Of a DNA stretch of 64,000 nucleotides, positions 12,787-24,059 are shown piece by piece. Made by a program: the position numbers and the translations under genes. Position 1 is the stretch's first letter. Every line of letters begins with the position of its first letter. The notes beneath the pieces were generated by a model. It ran no database searches. It was not told the DNA's origin and saw only the letters and a list, made by a program, of their open reading frames with translations. Source of the stretch: Mobula birostris (taxonomy: Eukaryota); NCBI RefSeq assembly GCF_030028105.1, contig NC_092390.1:39848777-39912776 (forward strand), read 5' to 3'.

Positions 12787-14440
12787 TGTTGAATAAGTAT
12801 TATAGTGTATTTAATAATTAAGTAATATTTGAGTAACATTGTAAATATATTGTTTGATTTAGCATTCTATGTTTACATAATTCATTATGGGTTATACGTA
12901 AGAAGTACATGAATGGCATACGTCATTTCACCACTACATCATACGTGTGCACCTCCCTAAAGTAAAACAAAATAGACAAAAAATCCCAGCTTCTGTGTTT
13001 CTTCTTTCAGTTAGTTTCTGCAGTTACAAAACAGAACAGTGGAAAACAATAAGTCTAAAAATAAACCTGAGATAACTAGCAACACACAAAAAAAATGCTT
13101 GTGACTCGGCCTGAAACGTCGACTGTACCTCTTCCTACAGATGCTGCCTGGCCTGCTGCATTCACCAGCATTTTTTGTGTGTGTTGCTTGAATTTCCAGC
13201 ATCTGCAGATTTCCTCGTGTCTAAGATAACTATCTACCTGTTGAAATGCAGCACACTTTTCTTTAGAAATGGAGAGTGATGTCGGAGTTTTAAAAAAGGC
13301 AGAAAATGGCCAAAATTAACAAGCAATGACTATGGGTTCATAAACAGTGAGTACCAGGTGATAATATTAATAAATAAAAATAAGCATAAGTAGCTGGCTA
13401 CATCAGAAAGATAAATTCATCTGATTGCACAACAGATAACTAGATGTTATATATTAAACAAACTGAGCAGTATTTTGAAGCAAATGAAATAGCCAAAGAA
13501 AAGCATACAGTTAGATGCAAAAGCTTACAGCTTGCTTAGATATTTAACTGCTCCAACCAAACCAGCTGAAATGAGCTTTGCTGATATCATGTAATGCAGG
13601 AATATTTAGAATTGAAAGCATTGTTGATTGCAGAATGATTTAAGTTTCATAAGTGGAATCAAAGTGAATGAGAATCCATTTCATCTTATGTAGCTGAATT
13701 GAAGAAATTATCTGAGCTTTGTCAATTTAGTGATGGGCTTAATGATGCACTGAGTGATCATTTAGTTTGCGGAATCTTACAAGGAATGATTTGGAAACGG
13801 CTCCGAACTGAAACACAACTCACATTTAAAAGAGCGGTTGAAATAACTGTATCAATGGAAACAATGACCAAAGATGCAATTAAGTTGCAGTCAGAAATGA
13901 AAGTGAGCATGAACAAAATTTCAATGTCTAAATAGAAACGTGCCTGGCTGAACAGATTATGTTAGCAAGTGGCAGGGGCTCATATACACCAGGCCAATGC
14001 AGGTTTAAAAGCAAAACTGCCAGAAAATGCAACAAAAGACACATACAAAGAGAATGTCAGGCAGACAAAAATAAATGGAAAGCACAGGGAAGGGAAAAAA
14101 ATAAGAAGTTACATTTTCAAAAAAGAAACTAATCTGCATGCTGTCCATGAAAAATCTGATAATGATAAGAGTGACACAGGAATGGTAGCCTTGAGATTTA
14201 AAATGCAAAAATGAACAGGAGGCAATCAATGAGACTTGAACCAGAAGTGAGCAGCAAATTAATTAAAATAGAATTGGACACTGGCTCGGCTGCTTCAGTC
14301 ATTCCTACAGACGGAGATAGAAGAAGAACCCAAACTGTTTCTTACCATTAACACTCATAAAGGGCTTTATCATTATAACAGGCTTATTTTTGGAGTGAGG
14401 AGGCTTTCCAAAAAACAAAGGAGGTGGCTCATGGACTCCT
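12787..14440 (+). mobile_element. Internally deleted Gypsy LTR retrotransposon: 5' LTR 12787-13038, decayed gag, protease and RT remnant
   Basis: LTR TGTTG...AGAACA. Gag-like EQYFEANEI and YVAELKKLSELCQFSDGLNDAL..HLVCGI. CCHC-knuckle remnants at about 13960-14060. Protease IELDTGSAASVI (DTG at 14277-14285). RT-like FLTINTHKGLYHYNRLIFGV. Confidence 0.9.
13079..13223 (+). mobile_element. Fold-back PLE terminus inserted in the Gypsy leader, 9-bp TSD
   Basis: AGATAACTA occurs at 13070-13078 and 13224-13232. GCAACACACAAAAAAAATGCT is inverted relative to AGCATTTTTTGTGTGTGTTGC. Partial hammerhead motif GCCTGAAACGTCGACTG. Confidence 0.85.
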
Positions 14441-14442
14441 GG

Positions 14443-16200
14443 TTTCTCTCTCATTAATCTTGCTGACATTGAGTGAGAGGTTGTTGTAATGGCATCACTC
14501 AGCTAAATTTTCAATCTCCCTCCTGATTCATCACCAACTTTGATTCGGTCTATAACAGTGGTGTCATCAGCAAACTTAAATATGGCATTGAAGCTGTGCT
14601 TAGCTTCACAGATATAAGGATAAAATGAGTAGAGCTGGGGGCTAAGCACACAATCTCGTGTGTACGTGTGCTGATGATGTGCTGATGAAGATTCTGGAGG
14701 AGATGTTGTTGCCAATCCGAACTGACTGGGGTCTGCAAGTGAAGAAATCGAGGATCCAGTTGCGCAAGGTGGTATTGAGGCCAAGGTCTTGAAGCTTATT
14801 GATTAGCTTTGAGGGGATGATTGTATTGAGTGCTGAGCTGTAGGCATCCTGATGAATGGTTCTTTGTTGTCCAGATGTTCCAGGGTTGAGAGAAAAGCCA
14901 GTGATATGACATCCGCTGTGGATCTGTTGCTACCGGTAGGCAAATTGGAGCGGATTCAATTCGCCTTTCAGGCAGAATTTGATATGTTTCATCGCCAACC
15001 TCTCAAAACACTTTCTTACAGTGGACGTAAGTGCTAATGGATGATAGTCATTGAGGCAGATTACCATGTTCTTCTTAGGAACTGGTATATTTGTAGCCTG
15101 TTTGAAGCAGTTGGGTACTTAAGACTGCCAAAGGGAGAGGTTTAAGATTTCAGTGAACACTCCAGCCAGTTGATCATCACAGATCTTTAGTACTTAACCA
15201 GGTGCACCTTCTGGGCTGGGTGCTTTCTGTTGGTTTACCTTTCTAAAGGATGCTCTCACATCAACTATGGAGACTGAAATCAGGACTTGGTAAGTTTGTG
15301 AAGGTGCCTCCATGTTTTGACGGTCAAAGGAAGCATAAAAGGCACTGGGCTCACTTGGGAGTGAAAACGTTACCATCGATGTTGCTTGTTTTCACTTTGT
15401 AGGAGGTGACAACATTCAAGCCCTCCACAGCTATTGAGCATTCTTCAGTGATTTATGTTTGGTCCAGAATTGTCACTTTGCAGAGATGGCTTTCTGGAGG
15501 TCGTGCCTATACCTTTTGTATTTTACTTGGTCACCACACCTGAATGCCACTGATCTGGCCCTCAGTAGATTGTGGATATCTTGGTTCATCTGGGCTTTTG
15601 ATTGGGGAAGACTGAATGATTTTGTGGGGACACACTAGTCTCCGACTATTTTTATAAAGTCCGTGACAACCGTGGTGTATTCATTCAGATCCTCCGATGA
15701 CTCCGTGAACACAACCCAGTCCACTAACTCAGAGCAATACTGTAGTCACTCCTCTTCCTCCTTCGTCCACCCCTTTGTTGTCTTTATACCTAGAGTCTTG
15801 CTCTTTAGCCTCTGCTTGTAGGCAGGTAACAGGATGACAGCCAGGTGATCAGGTTTCCTGAAATGTGGTCTAGGGATTGAGAGGTAGACATTCCTAATCA
15901 TAGTATAACAGCGGTTGAGTGTGTTGGGACCCATTGTGCTATTGGTGATATGTTGATAATAACTGGGCAGAGATTACTTCAAACTGGCCTGATTGAAGTC
16001 CCTGACAATGTTTTGAAAGGCATGGAGATAGGCTGTTTCTTGTTTGCGAATCACAGCACTCAATACCTACAGCTTGCCTAACATCAGCCTTTGGAGGTAT
16101 GTAAACGGTGGTCAGAATCACGGAGGAGAACTCCCTTGGTAAGTAGAACAGGTGACACTTAATAATTAGTTGTGGAGTCAATATTGTAGCGCACATACGG
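14443..16200 (-). mobile_element. Rex1/Babar-type LINE, decayed endonuclease and RT segments
   Basis: Minus-strand translations include FYLPREFSSVILTTVYIPPKADV, RPHFRKPDHLAVILLPAYKQRLK, KAPSPEG, DPSQFG and FKFADDTTV. Confidence 0.9.
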
Positions 16201-16209
16201 TAAGGAACA

Positions 16210-16340
16210 AGTAGTCAGTGGGCAGAAACCCATGTGGTCACAGGGAGAATGTGCAATCTTCACGTAGACAGCAGTCAAGGTTAGCATGGAACAAGGAACT
16301 GTGAACCTGTTTGACAGCGGTACTCACCACTGTGCCAGCA
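16210..16340 (-). mobile_element. SINE fragment (same family as 12234)
   Basis: GAAACCCATGTGGTCACAGGGAGAATGTGCAATCTTCACGTAGACAGC is the reverse complement of the SINE body. Confidence 0.55.
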
Positions 16341-16759
16341 CTCTGCCAGCTGTACTGTGTTGTCACATGTGAAAGCAATCCTTTCTTGCAAATATTAATC
16401 AAAAATTTTTGATATAATCATTTCCAAGGCCCTTTTCTGCTGGTTGGTGCTGAATTTCTAGTTTTGTTTGGTGCTACTCTGTGTTCTGTCTCTGCCTCAC
16501 TTTCACGCCCATTCCACAAGCCGCAGTTTACCATTAAGACTTCCTTCTGATGTTGCTTTAACAGATGATGAATTCTGAATAGGTATTACCTGTTTCTCTA
16601 CTCCATGCCTTTTGAAAATAAAGTATCAAGAGGACTTTCTGTAGCCCTGGTTTCAACTTCATTATTTCCGAGTACCTTTGTTTACACATTTTTTTCTCCT
16701 GTCAAAGATGGTAACTAATGCCCTGAAGCTTCAAACCACCTATTTGGTCTATGATCATA

Positions 16760-16880
16760 AACACAAGAGATCCTGCAGATGTTGAAAATCTTGCGCAACA
16801 CACACAAAATGCTGGAAGAACTCAGCAAGTCAGGCAGCATTTATGAAGGGCATACTGACTTCCTCCACTTTGTGTGTGTT
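16760..16880 (-). mobile_element. Fold-back PLE terminus
   Basis: ACACAAGAGATCCTGCAGATG...CACACACAAAATGCTGGAAGAACTCAGCAAGTCAG is followed by the inverted CTGACTTCCTCCACTTTGTGTGTGT. Confidence 0.65.
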
Positions 16881-17849
16881 TCATCATGCTTTAAAAGTTG
16901 CAGACACACAACACAGAGGTACTTGTATGGCAATAGGCACTACCTGGTGAGTTACTAAATAGAATGCTCAAACACAGGGTGGTACAGATAGGAGTCACAA
17001 CTAATTAGATCAATACAGCAGATTAGGGTTGAAATTTTTATAGATTACCCTGTATGTGTGTGTCAGTCAGAGAGAGAAAGATCAAAATACAAATTGTGGA
17101 GAAATTCGGTGGGCCAGGCAACATCTGTGAAGCCAAAGGGATGGTCTTTGATATTTCAACATCAATAGATTCTTATGGCTGCTGTAATTCAATTGCTTGG
17201 TGCATATATCAGCTTTGAGTTATCTGTGTCATTCATTTTTTAACTGGAAGTGTTTGAGAGTATTCTGGGGCAGGTGAACGACTGACCATAGTCAAGGTCC
17301 TCTGGTTTAACACAGATGACAAAAGAGATTCTTGTTTACAGTATTCTTCGCAGCACTCTCAAACTCAGGCTTTAGGTGGAGCTTAAACCTAACCCTAATT
17401 GGTTTCATGGGCAATGGGCAAAGTCGTTAGAACAATGTTTCTTTTGCCCAATGAACTGCATTAAATTCAGAGGCCTTTGACAAATAAAGTTAATACAGTG
17501 GATTATCACAGTAAAAAGAGAGGGTTGTAACTGGTGCCAGGATATCAGTGCTTGATGTAGTGCCCATGGTTACATACCAGTTGTACGTGATTGTCAGTGA
17601 TAAATGATGGTGAGCATGCAAAGCAGTAAGCCAGTAGTCAGTAGAGGGAGGCCTGGCATGTGGGTGAAATTCTTACTCACTCATCCTGAATGGAGGAAAT
17701 GTGAATAGTTCTCTTGGTGCATAGATCCTTTGTGACCTCCCTGTTTCAATAGTGTTTTTTAAATTGTAAGACATTAATGTCACCTGTTGCTAACTTAATG
17801 GAGCCCATATTAAGTCTGATTATCCTCAGCTTGTCATTTCACATGACAG

Positions 17850-18570
17850 TGGGCGCCTCTGTCGGATGCCTCTGCACTCTCCCTCTCTCTCGAAGGTTAC
17901 AGAGAGTTTGCTGGATTCAAGTAAGCAACACTGCAGACTGTTACATCGAATCAGCGAGCTGCTGGCCTCCCCTCTTGCTGNNNNNNNNNNNNNNNNNNNN
18001 NNNNNNNNNNNNNNNNNNNNNNNNNNNNNNNNNNNNNNNNNNNNNNNNNNNNNNNNNNNNNNNNNNNNNNNNNNNNNNNNNNNNNNNNNNNNNNNNNNNN
18101 NNNNNNNNNNNNNNNNNNNNNNNNNNNNNNNNNNNNNNNNNNNNNNNNNNNNNNNNNNNNNNNNNNNNNNNNNNNNNNNNNNNNNNNNNNNNNNNNNNNN
18201 NNNNNNNNNNNNNNNNNNNNNNNNNNNNNNNNNNNNNNNNNNNNNNNNNNNNNNNNNNNNNTGAGAGAAAGAGAGAGCATGTTGAGTTGTCGAAGTGTAA
18301 GGATGGACAATAGTTTTTGATGAATTTTAGATCATGGTCTCTGAGGGGTGCTTGCTTTTGCATTATGAGTGGCAGGAGGGCTGATGCTTTTGTGGAAGTA
18401 AGTGGGGGAGGGGAAGGGAGGGTGGATGCTTTTGCTGTTGCTTGTACGTGGGAAGGGAGGGGCTTCGAACATTTTTCTGTCATTCATTCTTCGGGTTTTT
18501 TTTGCGATGTCTGCGAAGAGTAAGGATTTCCGGTTGTAAACTGTATACGTTCTCTGATATTAAATTGAAC
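17850..18570 (+). mobile_element. Non-coding retroelement with a Rex1-like 3' terminus, spanning the assembly gap
   Basis: Both gap flanks match the reverse complement of 59730-60300 (CTGTCGGA.GCCTCTGC, CAGACTGT..ACATCGAA.CAGC, terminus TTCTCTGATATTAAAT.GAA). Confidence 0.7.
17981..18261. other. Assembly gap (281 N)
   Basis: Run of N seen directly in the sequence. Confidence 1.
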
Positions 18571-20574
18571 AAGTGAATCATTAACTAATCATTACAAGTG
18601 ATTAGCTGATTTCAATCAGTCATTGTAAGCAACCACCATCTTAATAAAAGACAGGCCCACTCATCTTCATCCTGTTTTCCTCCTACCCCTACCCCCTCCA
18701 GCTCCATTGCTCTCTAACAATTCCATTTCCCTCCATCAGTGATGTTGTTAGTTTTCCAAAGTGAATGTTAACAATTAGAATGAGGAGAAATATTAATTAT
18801 ATGCATTTCAATTTGTGGTTTCCTAGTCCTAGAAATTAAAATATTTGCTTTCCAGTTATAGTGCATTAGCATAGACCTTTACTTTCAATAAAACATAAGT
18901 AAGGTAATTAGTTGACCTCAGATGTTAGCTTGTGTTTTTCTTAGTGAATGAAATATCATTAGATGCAGAAAAAGACATTAAACTCCCTCACATGCTTCTC
19001 TTTCACCCCGTGCTATCTAACCTGCTTTCACTCTCTTACATGACACAAATCTCCTTTTCTTTAATTGCCTAACATTTACAGAGCACTAAATAAAGGTGAC
19101 GCAACCACAGTAAATCAGGATACTTTTTTTTCCTTTCTTGTCTTCTCTGTCACACAGACTCGCAAAGCTTTTATTTCCGCTTAAACAAGATATTTAATAG
19201 CTCAGCTCGGGCATGAAATTTGACCCTTTGCTTTTCACATCATAATTCTGAAAGGGAAAGTTTCCTTGATAAAGCTAACAGAAATGCAACTTTCCAGAAA
19301 TGTTTAGGTATGCTGCAAACCTGTATATGGAAAATCTCAAATTCAGCTCACGGCCCTGAGTAAAACATTATCTTTGCAATTCTGTCAAGCTCATTCCAGT
19401 CACCCGCCTAATTGGCCAAACCCTTACAGAAAAGCCACAAGGGAAGTTGAGTGTTTCTTCCCTTTCCTGTAGACTATTTTGGAATTCACTCCATTTTCTT
19501 TTGACAACCCTTCAAAAATTAAGCATCATTATTTACATTTCCCAGATTTTTGGGGAAGGTGAAGCTTTTAAATAAGAAAGGAACTGTAATACCTGTACCA
19601 TTGATGAATGTAATCACGCTATTGTGAATTGATGATTGTTTTGATTTTGAGTAAATCTTAGTCCTGTATTGTAGAAGTTTCAGGCACCAAGGAGGATTAA
19701 ATCACCATTTGGATGTACTCTGAGATACTAAGAAGCCAATAGACAGAGCCTAAGACCAGGGCCCTGAATGTGCAATCAGTTTGTTGAATTCACAGTGGTG
19801 CTTCTTAACAAGTTAATAATTTATAAAGCTGACACAAAAATGTGACAACCGAAAGGAAAATACAATGCATTACATTTTGATTTTTACAATTGTAAGCAAC
19901 AATGCATCAGAGGAAGGCGTGTCCATGGGCTCCATTTGCCTAATCAAATTTCTGCTCATTACTTGGCTTTCTGCTATGCCTCTCCTACGGTGCTGTTTAT
20001 TTTGATTTGATTTTGTCCTATCTATTAATTCTATGCCAGTATTTCTCAGGCTTAACTTTCCTTGGTGTTAGCTCATTACTATTTTTAGTTTTGTTTTTCT
20101 TCTCCTGAGGCTTGTTAACTGAAATTTCTGGTAGTGCAAATAACGTATTACAAATTCACTCATGACCGCAGAAATTATTCTTCATATGAATGAGAGAAAA
20201 GAGACTTTTCCATCTTATGTAAGATAATGGTCAATGCACGATTGATAATAAGTTCATTTCCTTATGTAAAGGTGTCTGCTATAGCAGATGGAAGCTCTTC
20301 CATTCATGTGTTATCTAACTAATCCATCTGCCATTGCACAAACTTTTAATTAGTATGAATTATATTACAAGTACTGCGCTCTGAAAGTTTATGTACCATC
20401 TACTGCAGTGTGATGTATATGGCCGTCAATGACATGAAACACACAAGTATTTGAGGAAGCTAAAGCATAAGCAATTAACAAACTAGATCAATGAACTACC
20501 TCACAAATATGGAACTGAAAAATTAAGCAATACCAGTGGTTCTTTGGCTGAGCGTAAAACATTTAATACAACAC

Positions 20575-21720
20575 TATAGATACACAAAATCATGTCTGTG
20601 GAGCACAGATCAGCAGAAATTTACATTCCAATCATTCTCCCCCTCCTCTTCTCTCTTTTCCGTTCCCCACTCTGGCTCCCCTCTTACCTCTTCTCTTCTC
20701 CTTACCTATCTATCACATCCCCCTGGTGCCCCTCCTCCTTCCCTTTCTCCTATGGACCACTCTCCTCTCCTATCAGATTCCTCCTTCTTTAGTCCTTTAT
20801 CTATCACATTATCACCTCTCAGCTTCTCACATCATCCACCCTTGCCCACCTACCTGGGTCTCCTATCACCAATGTTCCCTCTTAGGTCTGTGCATGCATA
20901 CATCTTCTGCTGCAAGAGCAGAGAGGAATTTGAACTCTGCACAAGAGGTTGTCACCCTCCACCTCGTTGGTATGTTAAGTATGTTTCACGATCGTACACA
21001 ATCTTATTTTCTTTTCCAGCTTCTGATGACGATGGTGTTGGTAACATGGACTTTGTGATGATTTGTTTGCAGATTTTAGTACTGGCTTATGTATACTGTT
21101 TTTATTGAAGAAATTTTTGATTTCACTATGTCGAATTTCAAAGAAGCAAAGGGCATGAAGTGCAAAAGAACTGCTAGTTCATTTAAAGTGGAATGGCCTA
21201 ATGAAAGAATGAAATTGCAACACCTAAAGCTCATGAGCTCAGGAAGTACAGCTACACGATATATTCATGTACAGTACGGAAACTGGTGTCACCTGCGTGT
21301 ATTGTCAAGATGCAAAAGTTGCTGGAGACTTATTGATGAGTATTATTTTATTTCTTTTAAACAATGGACAACAAACAGGACCTGGTACTTTATTATCCGT
21401 AGAATAATTTCAGGTTTACTTCCACTTAAAAATTCGTACGCACATGTTGTTGTCACTGGGCAAAACACTGCACAGCACAACATTTTTGGGCACACTGGTC
21501 ACTACAAAATATTGGAAACATTGCCTAACACCTTCTAGCTTGTACCCCTTCCACTCCTTCCCCCCCCCCATCCCCCGCCCAACCTTCTTAATCTGGCTTT
21601 TTCATCCTTTGAATTCAGTCTTGATGAAGGGTCTCAGCCTAAAACGTCGACTGTTTATTCCTTTCCATAGATGCTACCTGACCTGCTGAGTTCCTCCAGC
21701 ATTTTGATTGTGTTACAATA
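20575..21720 (+). mobile_element. Old PLE 3' UTR and terminus, interrupted by a hAT element
   Basis: Pyrimidine-rich PLE UTR on both sides of 20870-21523. Decayed hammerhead motif CAGTC TTGATGA AGGGTCTCAGCCT AAAACGTC GACTG at 21616-21653. Confidence 0.75.
20870..21523 (+). mobile_element. Non-autonomous hAT DNA transposon (654 bp) with a transposase N-terminal remnant
   Basis: TIRs CAATGTTCCC and (reverse complement) CAATGTTTCC. 8-bp TSD CCTATCAC (20862-20869) / CCTAACAC (21524-21531). Frameshifted MSNFKEAKGMKCKRTASSFKVEW...EVQLHDIFMYSTETGVTCVYCQDAKVAGD from ATG 21128, resembling hAT zinc-finger N-termini. Confidence 0.85.
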
Positions 21721-22111
21721 TAAATTTACCCTGATTTTCCATGAAGTTAGAAGATATGCAGGGCTTCATAAACCATTTGATTATGGGTAATTAAATTTGT
21801 ATCTTCCTGTTGTTGCACATTTACTTCCCACTGGATGTGGTAATATAATTTTAACATTACAAGACTAGCAACCAGAGGTCTGGACAATTCATCCGTGGAC
21901 ATGAGTTTGAATCCTTTTAAAGCAACTGGGAATATATGTCAAGTAATGACATAAATCTGGAGTAAAATGTTGCAATCAGCGACAAATGAAGAAAAGTCAA
22001 TAATATTGGTGATATTGTAGGGTTTGTCAGCGGATGCTGTGCAATTTGGAGAAAAACTTGGTTTAGCTTGTGTTCCATCCTGTGCAGATTGCGGATAATT
22101 TTCTAAAGAAA

Positions 22112-23212
22112 CTAGACAACGGGGTGACCCGTTGGGGCACCCTTTTAGAGAAGGGTAGTAGTGCAGTCTGATGTGACCAGAATGAACATTAAATTTTCCT
22201 GAATGCTATTGGTATCGCTTTGCTTTGGAAATTGAAGTAGAAAACCTCAGTTTATTAAAGAAGAGCGACGCATAGCAAAGCAAATATAGCTGCTCCTCAT
22301 TTAACGAAGGGCACTTTTTATGGCATCATTTCTGGTTTATCTGCCACCCTTGTGCCTCTCGTTGTCACTCTGAAGACGTGCAGTGCTTTCATCCCCCGTC
22401 TCTTCATCTGTTCTGCTGTTTGTTGTTTGTCTCTGATCCTGGAGATGTGCATACCTCTCCTCCTCTGTCTCTTCTTCTCTCATCTTTTTTTGTCCTGACT
22501 TTTTTGATCCTGGAGTCGTGCAGCCCTGACCTCATCCGATTCTTGTTCTCTCCCTCTCCTTGCTGCTTCCCGACGACGTTTTGCGTCATCTCTTGACCAT
22601 AATGTCCCCCTGCCCTTTCCACGCGGCATAATTAGGCTGACCTTTTTTTTTTATCCTAATGCTGGATAGAAGATACGAAGCAGTAACACCAAAGGATGCT
22701 GATAATTTTTGATGATGTAGTTGGCACTCTCCTAAATGGACATGATATGGTCACCGCTATCCTTTGACTGCAGCAAAGGGTTTTATGGGTGTCTCGAAGT
22801 ACGTCATTACAATAAGATTTAATTATCTCTTATTGATGGGTGGCAGTTAGATCTGTCCCAATCCTGCACATGCTGATGGTGATTAGCAGAATGTGACCCC
22901 TCAAAATAGAGCTACCCTGCCCTTTTGCTCCCGTAGGTGTCGTTGCTGAGGCTGGCCGTGTGCATGCATCGAGTTGTCACATCCAGATTTCCATGATGGT
23001 CGATCGGGTCATGGATGAAAGCCAGCCTTTTGATTTCTGGCGAATGAGCAATTTTATATGAATACATAACCCTGAACTTTGCTTGCATTCTGTAAGTTAG
23101 CGCATTTTAATCCGATTTAGCCAAAAAAATTGCTGCTGTCATGCACCGTTTGCGCTAATTGGAGGTCACAAACAGATAACCACAGAGCATGAGAGTTTTA
23201 GTAGTATATAGA
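22112..23212 (-). mobile_element. Non-autonomous Helitron (1101 bp)
   Basis: Minus strand starts A|TCTATATACTAC (5' TC at 23212-23211) and ends GGGTGCCCCAACGGGTCACCC hairpin (22142-22122)-CGTTGT-CTAG|T (22115-22112). It is inserted between A and T without a TSD. A RepHel-like N-terminal remnant lies at 22629-22337. Confidence 0.9.
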
Positions 23213-23824
23213 TAATTATAACATAAGACCATAAGATCATAAGATATAGGAGCAGAATTAGGCCATTTGGCCCAGTGAGTCTGCTTCGACATTTAATCTT
23301 TTCTGATCCAATTTTCCTCTCAGCCCCCATATCCTGCCTTCTTCCCATATCCCGCCATATCCTGACCAATCAGGAATGTATCAACCTCTGCCCTAAATAT
23401 ACATAAAGACTTGGCCTTCACAGATGCCTGTGGCAAAGAATTCCACAAATTCACCACATTCTGGCTAAAAAAAAAAGCTTCCTCATCTCCATTCTAAAAG
23501 GAATCCCCTCTATTCTGAGCTGTATCCTCTGGTCTTAGACTCTCCCACCATAGGAAACATCATTTCTATATCCACTCTATCAACGCCTTTCACCATTCAA
23601 TAGGTTTCCATTAGGTCACCCCTCATTCTCTGAATTCCAGTGAATACAGGGCCAGAGCCATCAGAAGCTCTTCATATGACAAGCCATTCAATACTGTAAT
23701 CATTTTTTGTGAATCTCCTTTGAACCCTCTCCAGTTTCAGCACATCCTTTCTAAGATAAGGGCCCCAAACTGCTCACTATACTCCAAGTGAGGCCTCACC
23801 AGTGCTTTATAAAGTCTCAACATT

Positions 23825-24059
23825 CCATCACAAACAAGAGAAAATCTGCAGATGCTGGAAATCTGAGAAACACATACAAAATGCTGGAGGAACTCAGCAG
23901 GCCAGGCAGCATCTATAGAAAAAAGTACAGTCGACATTCCAGGCCAAAATCCATCAGTAGGACACTTCAGTCCTGCTGAAAGGTCCGAAACGTTGACTGT
24001 ACTCTTTTCCATAGATGCTGCCTGGCCTGCTGAGTTCCTCCAGCACTTTGTGTGTGTTG
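23825..24059 (-). mobile_element. Fold-back PLE insertion in CR1, 9-bp TSD
   Basis: CTCAACATT occurs at 23816-23824 and 24060-24068. Inverted arms of about 90 bp each carry a decayed hammerhead motif. Confidence 0.88.

Noticed and set aside
17777-18483. Four long ORFs (119-180 aa) around 18 kb
   Set aside because: They are open only because they read through the 281-N gap; the flanks are a non-coding repeat.
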